A DNA stretch of 64,000 nucleotides from Candidatus Fermentibacterota bacterium (lineage in GTDB: Bacteria > Fermentibacterota > Fermentibacteria > Fermentibacterales > JCC-6), in assembly GCA_963845085.1 (NCBI GenBank), contig CAWJQI010000001.1, forward strand, positions 64,001-128,000. Reading direction: 5' to 3'. Below are positions 39,901 to 47,997 of this stretch, piece after piece; positions within the stretch are counted from its first letter, which is position 1; each line of letters begins with the position of its first letter. The notes under the pieces are model-generated. The model saw nothing but the letters and a program-made list of their open reading frames with translations, made no database searches and was not told the DNA's origin. Position numbers and translations under genes: made by a program.

Positions 39901-40144
39901 GCAGAAGAAGCTTCTGATGGCATATCTGAACGGCTGGGACCTCTGCCTTAGCGAGATGAACTACATCCGCACCGGCATAAAGACCAAGGGCATCCTCGAT
40001 GTTCACATAATCACCGACGAGGACATCGAGCGAAAGAACTCCTACGCTTCCAGGATAGGCGCCGTGACCGACCCCGCGAGACCTCTGGACATGATGAAGA
40101 GCAGGAGGACGCCGACCAAAGCCCCGGTCATACCAGCTCCCTGA
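36920..40144 (+). CDS. PEP/pyruvate-binding domain protein with N-terminal GAF-like region and C-terminal Pol-beta nucleotidyltransferase domain
   Basis: LRERAKELSCLY..FLPEE; LGGKGAG, IVRSSSLLED..FSGKYKS, GLGTRAVDR, PVDIEFA, GPGRWGS..SFGTHFFQDL; YLFGSTKNATAGPCSDIDLL. ATG overlaps the previous stop. Confidence 0.88.
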   Translation: MTDEASRSQSLITSLRERAKELSCLYRVDEILLSPETLDNKLHQAAEAIPSGWFSPELCEARIRYMGMTYQSKGFREGGVYLTEDLNVQGNTVGTLTVSYPLEAPGMDGGPFLPEEKKLIRTLSQRLSHTILHENLAQVFQGEENASRTWRAGTESWRSILEMLFITDRKLYKTLCRRLLNYLNFIGVPQAQDLLNKWVGQTSDGTEPDHEGINQPIPKHMIDINPKIVEEILEITSSVLSDDQLMKLLQRWVGENRIEHFINVLDDHASAISEIIQAMDSHKTIVTEELALSPPVLNAVKVSLIRRFISRRLDYISTLKDYVTLNDFYELSRYLVFPARSHGQLGGKGAGIFLAGQILKHVTQDDPVLSSIKTPKTWYICSDGILDFVHCNRLEELLEYRYRYIEEIRMEYPNLIQLFKNCAFSPEMMQGLSMALDDLGEKPLIVRSSSLLEDSSEAAFSGKYKSLFLANQGTKKERLEALTDAISEVYASMFGPDPIEYRGERKLLDFQEEMGILIQEVVGAHMGDYFAPAFGGVAFSRNEFRWSSRIKTNDGLVRMVPGLGTRAVDRLGDDYPILLAPGQPGLRVNTSIDETIRYAPKYMDVINLKKRRIETVSVEDMIKAYGSSYPQYEKVFSVFRDGMLHQVNPMTDYEKDFVLPTFEGLMGGSDFVPMMRRLLTLLEQRCGFPVDIEFAVDDTSVYLLQCRAQSSWQKEENIQLPERPSSENLLFTAEKFVSDGLVPAVTHVVYVVPEAYDNLKDMNSLINVGRMVGRLNGILPRGRFVLMGPGRWGSRGDVKLGVRVTYSDINNTAALIEMAFRKGNYVPDLSFGTHFFQDLVEASIRYLPLYPDDDGIVFNRAFFENSENSLEKILPEASGLSDVIRVIDIPAVTNGRFLRIAMSGDEGRAMAYLVTEETASAPEALRKIAGREADRISEDEHWIWRQTMAEKLASSIDPEQYGVKGAYLFGSTKNATAGPCSDIDLLIHITGTDTQKKLLMAYLNGWDLCLSEMNYIRTGIKTKGILDVHIITDEDIERKNSYASRIGAVTDPARPLDMMKSRRTPTKAPVIPAP

Positions 40145-40991
40145 CGGCCCGGGCCGAATCGTGCGGATCGAACCTCACAAGGGCCAGTTCCGGCCCGTCG
40201 TGAGCAGCGTTGATCATCACGGTCGGCCCGCATGTCTCCATCCACATTCCGGTCAGCGAAGCAGATTCATGGATGTGGCCGTGAAGGGTCAGCATGGGGG
40301 CCCTTTTCATGATGAAGCGTTTTATTGCAATGCTTCCGACATGCACGTCGAGCGGCACGAAATCAACGAATTTCCCGTCCAGGGCAGCCCTGTCGAGCGC
40401 GGTTCGGTAGGGAGGCGAATGGAAGAGGAAGACCGCCTTTGAAAGGTCATCGCTCCCTGCGAGTTCCGCAAGGTCTTCCTGTATCGTTGCATAGCATGAT
40501 TCATACTCGGAGACCGGCACGGTGAACATTCCTTCACCGGGGTGGGTGCACCCCGGATCAACGAAGCGCGAGACATCGTAGCGTTCCCAGTCCTTCAGGA
40601 GGAACGGGCTTGGAGGGATGAACGAATAGCCGTAGACCATGAATTCCCCGAAGGGGATCTTCCTGCCGTGGGCGTACTCCCAGATGCCCCTCGAGGCGGC
40701 GTCGAGCACCGCCGCTTCCTGAAAGCGGCCGTCATCGTTCCCGAGTATGACGAACACCCTGGGATACCGCTCCCCCATGCGCTCTTTCATGGCTTCAAGC
40801 CTGCGGCACAGGAACTCGTTAACGAAATCGCGATGATCGGCGCGCGCTTCGAGCAGCCTGACCGCGCCCGGAAGAAGATCCCCGCCGATGAACAGCGCCG
40901 CAGGACGCTCGGTCTCGACAAGCCCGAAGAGCTTTTCGTATCGGGCCGTATCACCGTGGAGGTCGGTTGCGAAGAAACAATTCCCGTTCAT
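40128..40991 (-). CDS. Metallophosphoesterase (calcineurin-like, Icc-related)
   Basis: TDLHG, GGDL, LGNDD, HSPP, HVGS, LHGHIHES. Confidence 0.92.
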   Translation of the reverse strand: MNGNCFFATDLHGDTARYEKLFGLVETERPAALFIGGDLLPGAVRLLEARADHRDFVNEFLCRRLEAMKERMGERYPRVFVILGNDDGRFQEAAVLDAASRGIWEYAHGRKIPFGEFMVYGYSFIPPSPFLLKDWERYDVSRFVDPGCTHPGEGMFTVPVSEYESCYATIQEDLAELAGSDDLSKAVFLFHSPPYRTALDRAALDGKFVDFVPLDVHVGSIAIKRFIMKRAPMLTLHGHIHESASLTGMWMETCGPTVMINAAHDGPELALVRFDPHDSARAVRELV

Positions 40992-41006
40992 GGGGGGGAA
41001 GATATG

Positions 41007-41031
41007 AAAAGGGGGGTCCGAAGACCCCCCT
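41007..41031 (-). terminator. Intrinsic terminator after gdh
   Basis: AGGGGGGTC-CGAA-GACCCCCCT with TTTT on the minus strand. Confidence 0.75.
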
Positions 41032-41046
41032 CGAAGGCAACAGGGC

Positions 41047-42333
41047 TCAGATCCAGCCCCGCACCCTGCAGGCCTCGACCACGCGGCTGACGCTGATCAT
41101 GTAGGCGGCGTCGCGCATGTAGAGTTTCTGCTTCCGGGCGAGTTCGCTCACTGCGAGGAACGCGTCCGTCATCTTGACGTCCAGTTTGCCGAGGACTTCG
41201 TCCTTGGGCCAGAAGTAGTTCATGTTGCACTGGACCTGCTCGAAGTAGCTGCAGGTGACTCCGCCTGCGTTGGCAAGGAAGTCGGGGATGAGGAAGATGC
41301 CCTTTTCCTGGATGACCTTGTCGGCTTCGGGGGTCGTGGGGCCGTTGGCGCCTTCGGCGATGAGCCTGACGCGGGGCGAGATCCTTCCGACGTTGTCTTT
41401 GTGGATCTGGTTCTCGAGGGCGCAGGGGAACAGGATGTCAACGTCCTGATCGATCCAGTTCTCACCCGGAAGAACTTCGTAGCCGATCTCCCTGGCCTTG
41501 TCCTTGTTTATGCCGCCGAACTTGTCGGTGATCGCGAGAAGAGCATCGATGTCGACGCCGTCCATCTTCCTGAAGGAGTAGGATGTCTGGTCGGTCTGGT
41601 CCCAGGAGCTGACGCAGATGACCTTGCCGCCGAGCTGCGTGTAGAGCCTGATGGCGTACTGGGCCACGTTGCCGAAGCCCTGAACGCTTGCCTTTGTGTC
41701 GGAGGGGCGGATGCCGAGTTCCTTGAGGGCTTCACGAACGGTGAATACGACACCGTAACCGGTGGCCTCGGTGCGGCCCAGGGAACCGCCCATGCCGACC
41801 GGCTTGCCCGTGATCATGCCGGGGTACTTCGCGCCGGTGATGACTTCGTACTCGTCCATCATCCAGAGCATGTGCTGGGCGTTGGTCATGACGTCGGGTG
41901 CGGGCACGTCCTGAAGCGGGCCGACGTTTCTGGCGATCTGACGGATGTAACCCCTGCAGATCCTTTCCTGTTCCCGCTGGCTGAGATCGTGGGGGTCGCA
42001 GATGACGCCGCCCTTGCCGCCGCCGAGGGGAATGTCGACCACCGAGCACTTCCATGTCATCCACATGGAGAGGGCTCTGACGGTGTCAACGGTTTCCATG
42101 GGGTGGAAGCGTATGCCGCCCTTGGCGGGGCCGCGGGAGTCGTTGTGCTGGCATCTGAAGGCCTTGAAGACCTTGACGGTTCCGTCATCCATGCGCACCG
42201 GGATGCTGAAATGGAATTCCCTCATGGGGAAGCGAAGGAAGTCCCGGGCGCCCTGATCCAGTTTGAGGTAATCAGCAACCTTGTCAAACTGCTCCTGTGC
42301 CATTTGGAACGCGTTGAAGGTTCCGGTTGACAT
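41047..42333 (-). CDS. gdhA: Glu/Leu/Phe/Val dehydrogenase, glutamate dehydrogenase
   Basis: RGPAKGGIRFHP, MTWKC..GGGKGG, DVPAPD, TGKP..GGSLGRTEATG, QGFGNV, EGANGPTT, PDFLANAGGVTCSYFE. Confidence 0.95.
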   Translation of the reverse strand: MSTGTFNAFQMAQEQFDKVADYLKLDQGARDFLRFPMREFHFSIPVRMDDGTVKVFKAFRCQHNDSRGPAKGGIRFHPMETVDTVRALSMWMTWKCSVVDIPLGGGKGGVICDPHDLSQREQERICRGYIRQIARNVGPLQDVPAPDVMTNAQHMLWMMDEYEVITGAKYPGMITGKPVGMGGSLGRTEATGYGVVFTVREALKELGIRPSDTKASVQGFGNVAQYAIRLYTQLGGKVICVSSWDQTDQTSYSFRKMDGVDIDALLAITDKFGGINKDKAREIGYEVLPGENWIDQDVDILFPCALENQIHKDNVGRISPRVRLIAEGANGPTTPEADKVIQEKGIFLIPDFLANAGGVTCSYFEQVQCNMNYFWPKDEVLGKLDVKMTDAFLAVSELARKQKLYMRDAAYMISVSRVVEACRVRGWI

Positions 42334-42360
42334 CAGAAACTCCTCTCTTTGTGAATGCCC

Positions 42361-42434
42361 TTCAACGGACCGTCCGTTGAACGGCTTGGTTTCCTACCCT
42401 GTAAAACTTTACCCATCATGGAATTAAGGGTCAA
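42361..42434 (-). promoter_or_regulatory. gdh promoter and a 10-1-10 palindrome in the leader
   Basis: TTGACC-17-TAAAGT (42434-42406); TTCAACGGAC-C-GTCCGTTGAA at 42361-42381. Confidence 0.6.
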
Positions 42435-42570
42435 GAGAGCATGTGGACGATGAAATATTACAGAGCACTGCAAATCTACGAAAAAAGGAACGCGGGGGGA
42501 AGTGTCTGTCAATTCACAGCAAGTTGCCTGTGATCGAATCTGCTCGTTTCACACTGATACAGCCACCTCG

Positions 42571-42918
42571 TCAGAACTCGTAACCCACGCTCAATTCATC
42601 TCTTGAAAAGAATACGGAAACCTTCTTGGATTCCTGGGCGCGCGCGATCGTAAGGAAATCGAAGCTCTCCGTTCTTCCGCTCTCAGCCCAGGTGAGGGTG
42701 CACTGGGTCTCGCCGGCAGGCAACTCGAGATGGGAGTTGAATGTTTCGTCGGTCTCGATGTCGGTCCAGGTCTGCGATTCCCCGCCGATGGTCAGTGTGA
42801 CGGATTCAAGGTTCCGTCCCGTGCCGTTGTTGAGCGAGATCTTCCCCTCCTTGCCGCATGAGGCGAACACAAGAAGAAAAAGCAGGCTGCTGTAGGTGAA
42901 CCCCTTCTTCACGAGCAT
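42571..42918 (-). CDS. Small lipoprotein, Ig-like beta fold
   Basis: Lipobox FASC; beta-rich sequence. Confidence 0.75.
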   Translation of the reverse strand: MLVKKGFTYSSLLFLLVFASCGKEGKISLNNGTGRNLESVTLTIGGESQTWTDIETDETFNSHLELPAGETQCTLTWAESGRTESFDFLTIARAQESKKVSVFFSRDELSVGYEF

Positions 42919-42996
42919 CTCCCTTCTGGAACGATATTCCCACGGAATGATAGTTGGAAGTATAATTCAATGTGTCGGTTCTCGGAAAGGAACGCA

Positions 42997-44970
42997 TTGA
43001 AGGCTGTCCTCATTCTCCTGCTGCTTGCAACAGCCCTGCCTGCAATCGGTTACGTGGGTCCGGGCGCCGGCTTCGGCATTGTGACAAGCCTGATGGTTTT
43101 CGTGAACGCCCTCGCGGTCTCCCTGATGTCGTTCCTTTTCTGGCCTGTGCTTGCGCTGGTTCGCAGGGCAAGGCAGCTGAGGCGACCCCTGAAGCCGAAG
43201 GCGAAAAGGCTTGTCATTCTGGGTCTCGACGGCCTTTCCCCCCTGCTTGTCGAGAAGATGTGGGAAAAGGGTGAACTCCCCAACCTGAAACGTCTCGCGG
43301 AAACCGGTGCATTCAGCCACCTCACCACCACCACTCCGGGTGTCTCCCCGGTGGCCTGGTCGAGCTTCCAGACCGGCGTCAACCCCGGCAAGCACGGCAT
43401 TTTCGATTTCCTTTCGCCCGACAGGAAACGCTACCTTGCAGTTCTCTCCTCGGTGCGGACCGTCACTGCAATGAAAAGGGGCTTCCTCGGCAGGAAGCGC
43501 CCGCACACCGTCCAGACCCTTTTAAGGAAAAGCAGGCCTTTCTGGAGCTACCTTGGAAAGTACGGCGTGAGATCCGCGGTGTTGAGGGTGCCCATCACAT
43601 TCCCCCCCGAACCGCTCGACGGACACCTGCTTTCCGGGATGTGCGTTCCGGATCTGAGGGGAAGCCAGGGTTCCTATACGGTGCTCACCGCCTCTGAACC
43701 GCTCGAAATGACGGGGGGTGTTCAAACCCGGCTCACGCCTGACGGCGAGAACCGCTGGAAGGGCGCCATACCGGGTCCCGAGGGTTCGCTTCCCTGCGAA
43801 GTCCGGCTCGACCTCGGCGGCAGGCACCCCAGGCTCCGCCTTCCCGGTGAGACGGTCAGGCTTTCCATGAACAGGCTGACCCCCTGGACCCAGCTCACAT
43901 TCAGACTGGGCGGCAGAAAGGTCCGGGGCATATCAAGGTTCATGCTCTCCGACGGACCGGTTCTCTACTGCAGCGCAATTCATGTCGATCCCTCGTCGCC
44001 GGCCGTTCCCCTGGGTCATCCCGTCCATTACTCCAGGTACCTGGCGGGAGTCGTGGGTCCCTATGCAACCCTCGGCCTTGCCGAGGATACATGGGCCCTG
44101 TCCAACGGCCATCTCGATGACGATTCCTTCATGACGCAGTGCACCGACATCTTCGGGGAAAGGGAGAGGATGTTCTTCGACGCCCTCTCCAAAAACCCCG
44201 CCGGTCTTGTTGTGTGCGTGTTCGACACACCCGACAGGGTGCAGCACATGTTCTGGGGAGACGGCTTCAGGGAAGGCTCCCCCATCAGGCGCATCTACGC
44301 CGAGATGGACGCCCTCGCCGGCAGGGTGATGAAAAAGCTGGGAAAGAACGACCGGCTGATCATCCTGAGCGACCATGGCTTCACCTCGTTCCACACATGT
44401 GTCGATTTCAACAGATGGCTCGTGCAGAACGGGTACATGACCCTCAAGGAAGGCGTTGAAACCGTCGGAACCTCCTTCAACGGGGTCGACTGGGAAAAGA
44501 CAAGGGCATACTCGATGGGTCTTTCCGGCATCAATATCAATCAGAGGGGCAGGGAAGCCCTGGGAACCGTCAGCCCGGAAGATTCCCCGGCCCTTGTCGC
44601 GGAGATAGCGGCCAGGCTCGAAAAGCTCGTGACAGACAAGGGCGAACGGGTCATACGAAGGGTCAGAACCGCAGCCACCGAGTACTCCGGACCCTACGCA
44701 GCCGACGGCCCCGACATAATCCCGGGCACTGCGAGGGGTTTCAGGGCGGGATGGAACTGCGTGACAGGCGGTGTGGGCAGGACCGTGATATCCCCGAACG
44801 AACACCACTGGAACGGCGACCACAGCTGCGACCCCGACCTCGTGAAGGGGGTTCTTTTCACAAGCTGGAAGCACCAGTGTGAATCCCCCTCCATTACGGA
44901 CATAGCACCCACGGCGCTTTCCATTCTCGGCGTTGCGCCCCCTCCTCACATGGACGGGAGCCCCCTGTGA
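42997..44970 (+). CDS. Alkaline phosphatase superfamily (nucleotide pyrophosphatase/phosphodiesterase-type) protein with N-terminal membrane segment
   Basis: VILGLDG, SPVAWSSFQTGVNPGKHGIFDF, DRVQHMFW, ILSDHGF, WNGDH; TTG start after AAAGGA. Confidence 0.9.
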   Translation: MKAVLILLLLATALPAIGYVGPGAGFGIVTSLMVFVNALAVSLMSFLFWPVLALVRRARQLRRPLKPKAKRLVILGLDGLSPLLVEKMWEKGELPNLKRLAETGAFSHLTTTTPGVSPVAWSSFQTGVNPGKHGIFDFLSPDRKRYLAVLSSVRTVTAMKRGFLGRKRPHTVQTLLRKSRPFWSYLGKYGVRSAVLRVPITFPPEPLDGHLLSGMCVPDLRGSQGSYTVLTASEPLEMTGGVQTRLTPDGENRWKGAIPGPEGSLPCEVRLDLGGRHPRLRLPGETVRLSMNRLTPWTQLTFRLGGRKVRGISRFMLSDGPVLYCSAIHVDPSSPAVPLGHPVHYSRYLAGVVGPYATLGLAEDTWALSNGHLDDDSFMTQCTDIFGERERMFFDALSKNPAGLVVCVFDTPDRVQHMFWGDGFREGSPIRRIYAEMDALAGRVMKKLGKNDRLIILSDHGFTSFHTCVDFNRWLVQNGYMTLKEGVETVGTSFNGVDWEKTRAYSMGLSGININQRGREALGTVSPEDSPALVAEIAARLEKLVTDKGERVIRRVRTAATEYSGPYAADGPDIIPGTARGFRAGWNCVTGGVGRTVISPNEHHWNGDHSCDPDLVKGVLFTSWKHQCESPSITDIAPTALSILGVAPPPHMDGSPL

Positions 44971-46898
44971 ACCGGAGGGAGTTCCTCAAGACCGCCGCAG
45001 CGGGCTCGGCCCTCCTAGCACTGAGGGCCGGTTGCGGCGGCGGCGTCCTGCCGGGTGGAAAAAGGGTTCTCGTGGTTGCATTTGACGGCCTCGATCCCGG
45101 TCTGGTGGGAAGGTACGTTGCCGCTGGTCTCATGCCGAACACAAAAAGGCTGATCGAAATGGGCTCCCTGAGAAACCTCGCCACATCGAACCCGCCCCAG
45201 AGCCCGGTTGCCTGGTCCGGTTTCATCACCGGAAAGGGCCCCGACGTCCACGGCATATTCGACTTCGTGCAGAGAAACCCGGCGGACATGAAACCGTTCC
45301 TCTCCACCTCGAGGGTCAACCCCCCCGACAGGACGCTGAACGCAGGCAGCCTGAGGCTGCCGCTCTCCGGGGGCGGCGTGGAACTCCTGCGGCAGGGCGA
45401 TCCGTTCTGGAGGGGCATTCTGAACCAGGGCATACCGGTTACGATGATCAACCTTCCGGTTGACTTCCCCGCTCCGCAGGACCGCGGAGGTCGCTTCCTC
45501 TCGGGCATGGGCACGCCGGACATACAGGGAAGCCAGGGCAGCTTCACCTTCTACACCGACGACCCCAGGTCGCTCAGCGATGACACGGCAGGCGGAACCA
45601 TTGTCCCGGTCAGGGATTACGGCGACAATTGCTACAGGTGCAGGGTGGCGGGTCCGGCCAACTCCCTCATGGAGGGCGCCCCGATCATGGACACCACCGC
45701 CGAGGTCTGGGCCGACAGGGAGGCCGGAGCAGTGCGCATCGATGTGCAGGGCCGTTCCTTCGTGGTCGGTGAAAGGCAGTGGTCGCCGTGGGTTCGCTTC
45801 GCTTTCCCCGCAATACCGGGCATTTCTACGGTTCACGCCATCGGCAGGTTCTACCTCAAAGAGCTCTCCCCGAAACTCAAGCTCTACCTCTCCCCCCTCA
45901 ACATCGATCCGGAGAATCCCGCCCTTCCAATTTCGGGTCCCGACTGGTTTGCCAGAAGCATTGCCGAGAAAGTCGGGCTCTTCTACACGCAGGGTTTCCC
46001 GGAAGACACGAAGGCTCTCTCACGGGGCGTCTTCAACGACGACGACTACCACTCCCAGGCCGCCAACGTTTTCGACGAACGGCTCAGGATGTTCACAAGC
46101 GCGCTGAACGACTGGAACGACGGCCTGCTTTTCTTCTACTTCTCGTGCACCGACCTGAACCAGCACATGTTCTACCGCACCATCGAAACCGAGAGCCCCC
46201 TCTATTCATCAGTGGCCCCGCGGTTCAGGAACATCATGGGCGAGCTCTACGCAAAAGCCGACAGGGCGATCGGGCAGGCCATGGAGTTCATCGATTCCAC
46301 CACCGAGCTCATGATCATCTCCGACCACGGCTTCGCCCCGTTCAACAGGGGCTTCGGCCTCAACAGCTGGCTCGCCGCCGAGGGTTACGCCCACATCTCC
46401 ATTCCCGAGGACCGCAACAAGGACATGTTCGCCTGCCTTGACTGGAGCCGTACCGCCGCTTACGGCCTGGGTCTCAACGGCCTGTACATCAACCAGGCGG
46501 GCAGGGAGCCCGACGGCATTGTTACCGCCGATGAAAAGCCCTCCCTTCTTCAAAGGCTTGCAGCCGACCTCGAAAGGGCCGTCGACCCCATGAACGGACG
46601 GCGTCCGGTGGAAAAGGCCTATATCGTGAGCGAGCTCTTCCCCGGAGCCGTGATTCCCCCCTTCGCCCCCGACATTATCGTGGGCTACTCGAGGGGGTAC
46701 AGGTGCAGCTGGAAGACCGCACTCGGGGCATTTCCCGAAGAGGTCATAACCGACAACACCGATCCCTGGAGCGGCGATCATTGCATCGCCCCTAACCTCT
46801 GCCCCGGAAGCCTCCTGACAAGCACACCCATGCCCGGTGGTCTATCCCTGCTGGACATGGGCGGGGTGATCACCAGAACCCTCACGGGTGAAACATGA
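44967..46898 (+). CDS. Alkaline phosphatase superfamily phosphodiesterase-type protein, Tat-exported lipoprotein
   Basis: MNRREFLK twin-arginine motif then RAGC; AFDGLD, QSPVAWSGFITG..HGIFDF, ISDHGF, WSGDHC. Confidence 0.9.
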   Translation: MNRREFLKTAAAGSALLALRAGCGGGVLPGGKRVLVVAFDGLDPGLVGRYVAAGLMPNTKRLIEMGSLRNLATSNPPQSPVAWSGFITGKGPDVHGIFDFVQRNPADMKPFLSTSRVNPPDRTLNAGSLRLPLSGGGVELLRQGDPFWRGILNQGIPVTMINLPVDFPAPQDRGGRFLSGMGTPDIQGSQGSFTFYTDDPRSLSDDTAGGTIVPVRDYGDNCYRCRVAGPANSLMEGAPIMDTTAEVWADREAGAVRIDVQGRSFVVGERQWSPWVRFAFPAIPGISTVHAIGRFYLKELSPKLKLYLSPLNIDPENPALPISGPDWFARSIAEKVGLFYTQGFPEDTKALSRGVFNDDDYHSQAANVFDERLRMFTSALNDWNDGLLFFYFSCTDLNQHMFYRTIETESPLYSSVAPRFRNIMGELYAKADRAIGQAMEFIDSTTELMIISDHGFAPFNRGFGLNSWLAAEGYAHISIPEDRNKDMFACLDWSRTAAYGLGLNGLYINQAGREPDGIVTADEKPSLLQRLAADLERAVDPMNGRRPVEKAYIVSELFPGAVIPPFAPDIIVGYSRGYRCSWKTALGAFPEEVITDNTDPWSGDHCIAPNLCPGSLLTSTPMPGGLSLLDMGGVITRTLTGET

Positions 46899-47680
46899 CG
46901 CCCCTGTTCAACACCATCCTCTCCCCCCTGCGCGGCATGTACCCGTTCGCCGGCCTGCTCGCCGTCTCACTCGTGTTCGGGGTGTTCATGATCGTGGTTT
47001 TCAGGTTCACATCGGACCAGAAGGCCATCGGCAGGATAAGAAGACGGATGGGCGCAAGGGCCCTCGGCATGCTTCTTCACCTCCACTCCCCTCTCACCGT
47101 GCTGAAATCGGCAGCCGCCCTGATGGCCGACAATTTCGCATACCTCTGGCTGATCCTCAGACCCATGCTCGTGATGGCGATCCCGTTCCTCATCACCGCC
47201 GCACAGCTCGATGCAAGGTACGGCACCATGCCCATGCCGCGGGGAACCTCCACCACCGTCACGGTCACCTGGAACGAAATGCCCGCCAGGAACAGCCTGA
47301 CAATCGGTGGAACCGGCCTTTCCGTGATCGAGCCTGTCGTGTTCATCGACACACTCGGCGAGACGAGTTTCAGGGTTTCTTCGGGATTACCTGGTGCCGT
47401 CATAACCATCGGGGACGACTCATTCCCCGCGGGCGCCTCCGCGGAAGGTTCAGGCCGCATCATCTACCGGGGGGCAGCCCGCGGCGGCTTTCCCGGACGA
47501 CTCATGACGCCGTTCCTCTCCGGGATCGACGAGGGCAGCCCGGTCAGCGCGCTTCGGATCGACCTCGCCGAAGCCCGTTACAGGATCCTCGGCGGCAGAT
47601 GGAGCTGGCTCGGTGTATTCCTGTTCTACAGCAGCCTCTCCGCCATTGCGGGCGCAGCGGCTTTCAAGGTGAAGGTGTAA
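46895..47680 (+). CDS. Membrane protein (N-terminus loosely DUF106/EMC3-like)
   Basis: TM - FRFTSDQKAI coil - TM - soluble domain - C-terminal WSWL TM; translationally coupled to the upstream gene. Confidence 0.65.
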   Translation: MTPLFNTILSPLRGMYPFAGLLAVSLVFGVFMIVVFRFTSDQKAIGRIRRRMGARALGMLLHLHSPLTVLKSAAALMADNFAYLWLILRPMLVMAIPFLITAAQLDARYGTMPMPRGTSTTVTVTWNEMPARNSLTIGGTGLSVIEPVVFIDTLGETSFRVSSGLPGAVITIGDDSFPAGASAEGSGRIIYRGAARGGFPGRLMTPFLSGIDEGSPVSALRIDLAEARYRILGGRWSWLGVFLFYSSLSAIAGAAAFKVKV

Positions 47681-47683
47681 ATC

Positions 47684-47881
47684 ATGGCAAAGCTCAAGAT
47701 GAAGTTCGAGGGTGAATTCATGGCGAGGCTTGTGAAAGTCGCCGGAATCGGCGGCTACTCCTCTGTCGATGAGTTCGTTCTGCACGTTCTTGAACGCGAG
47801 ATGGACAAGCTCGATCCCCAAAAGGGCGAATCCGAGGAATCGATAAAAAAGAAGCTTGAGGGGCTCGGCTATATCTCCTGA
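47684..47881 (+). CDS. Small ribbon-helix-helix-like protein with C-terminal LxxLGY motif
   Basis: GYSSVDEFVLHVLE; EESIKKKLEGLGYIS; AAGGTG SD. Confidence 0.8.
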   Translation: MAKLKMKFEGEFMARLVKVAGIGGYSSVDEFVLHVLEREMDKLDPQKGESEESIKKKLEGLGYIS

Positions 47882-47997
47882 GCAATGGCCCCGGGAGGAT
47901 GGACGGCAGCCTTATCCACATGTGTTCTCGGAGATACCCGCAAAGGGTATTCGTTCATTCACATCGTGTTACACAGGAGATATCGCCCGGCTTCCGC

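Noticed and set aside
39720..40144. MNT-HEPN toxin-antitoxin interpretation of the nucleotidyltransferase domain
   Set aside because: The domain is fused to a PPDK_N protein and no HEPN partner is adjacent.
42513..42533. Imperfect inverted repeat TCACAG..CTGTGA upstream of gdh
   Set aside because: Bulged, no U-tract, and not distinguishable from chance.
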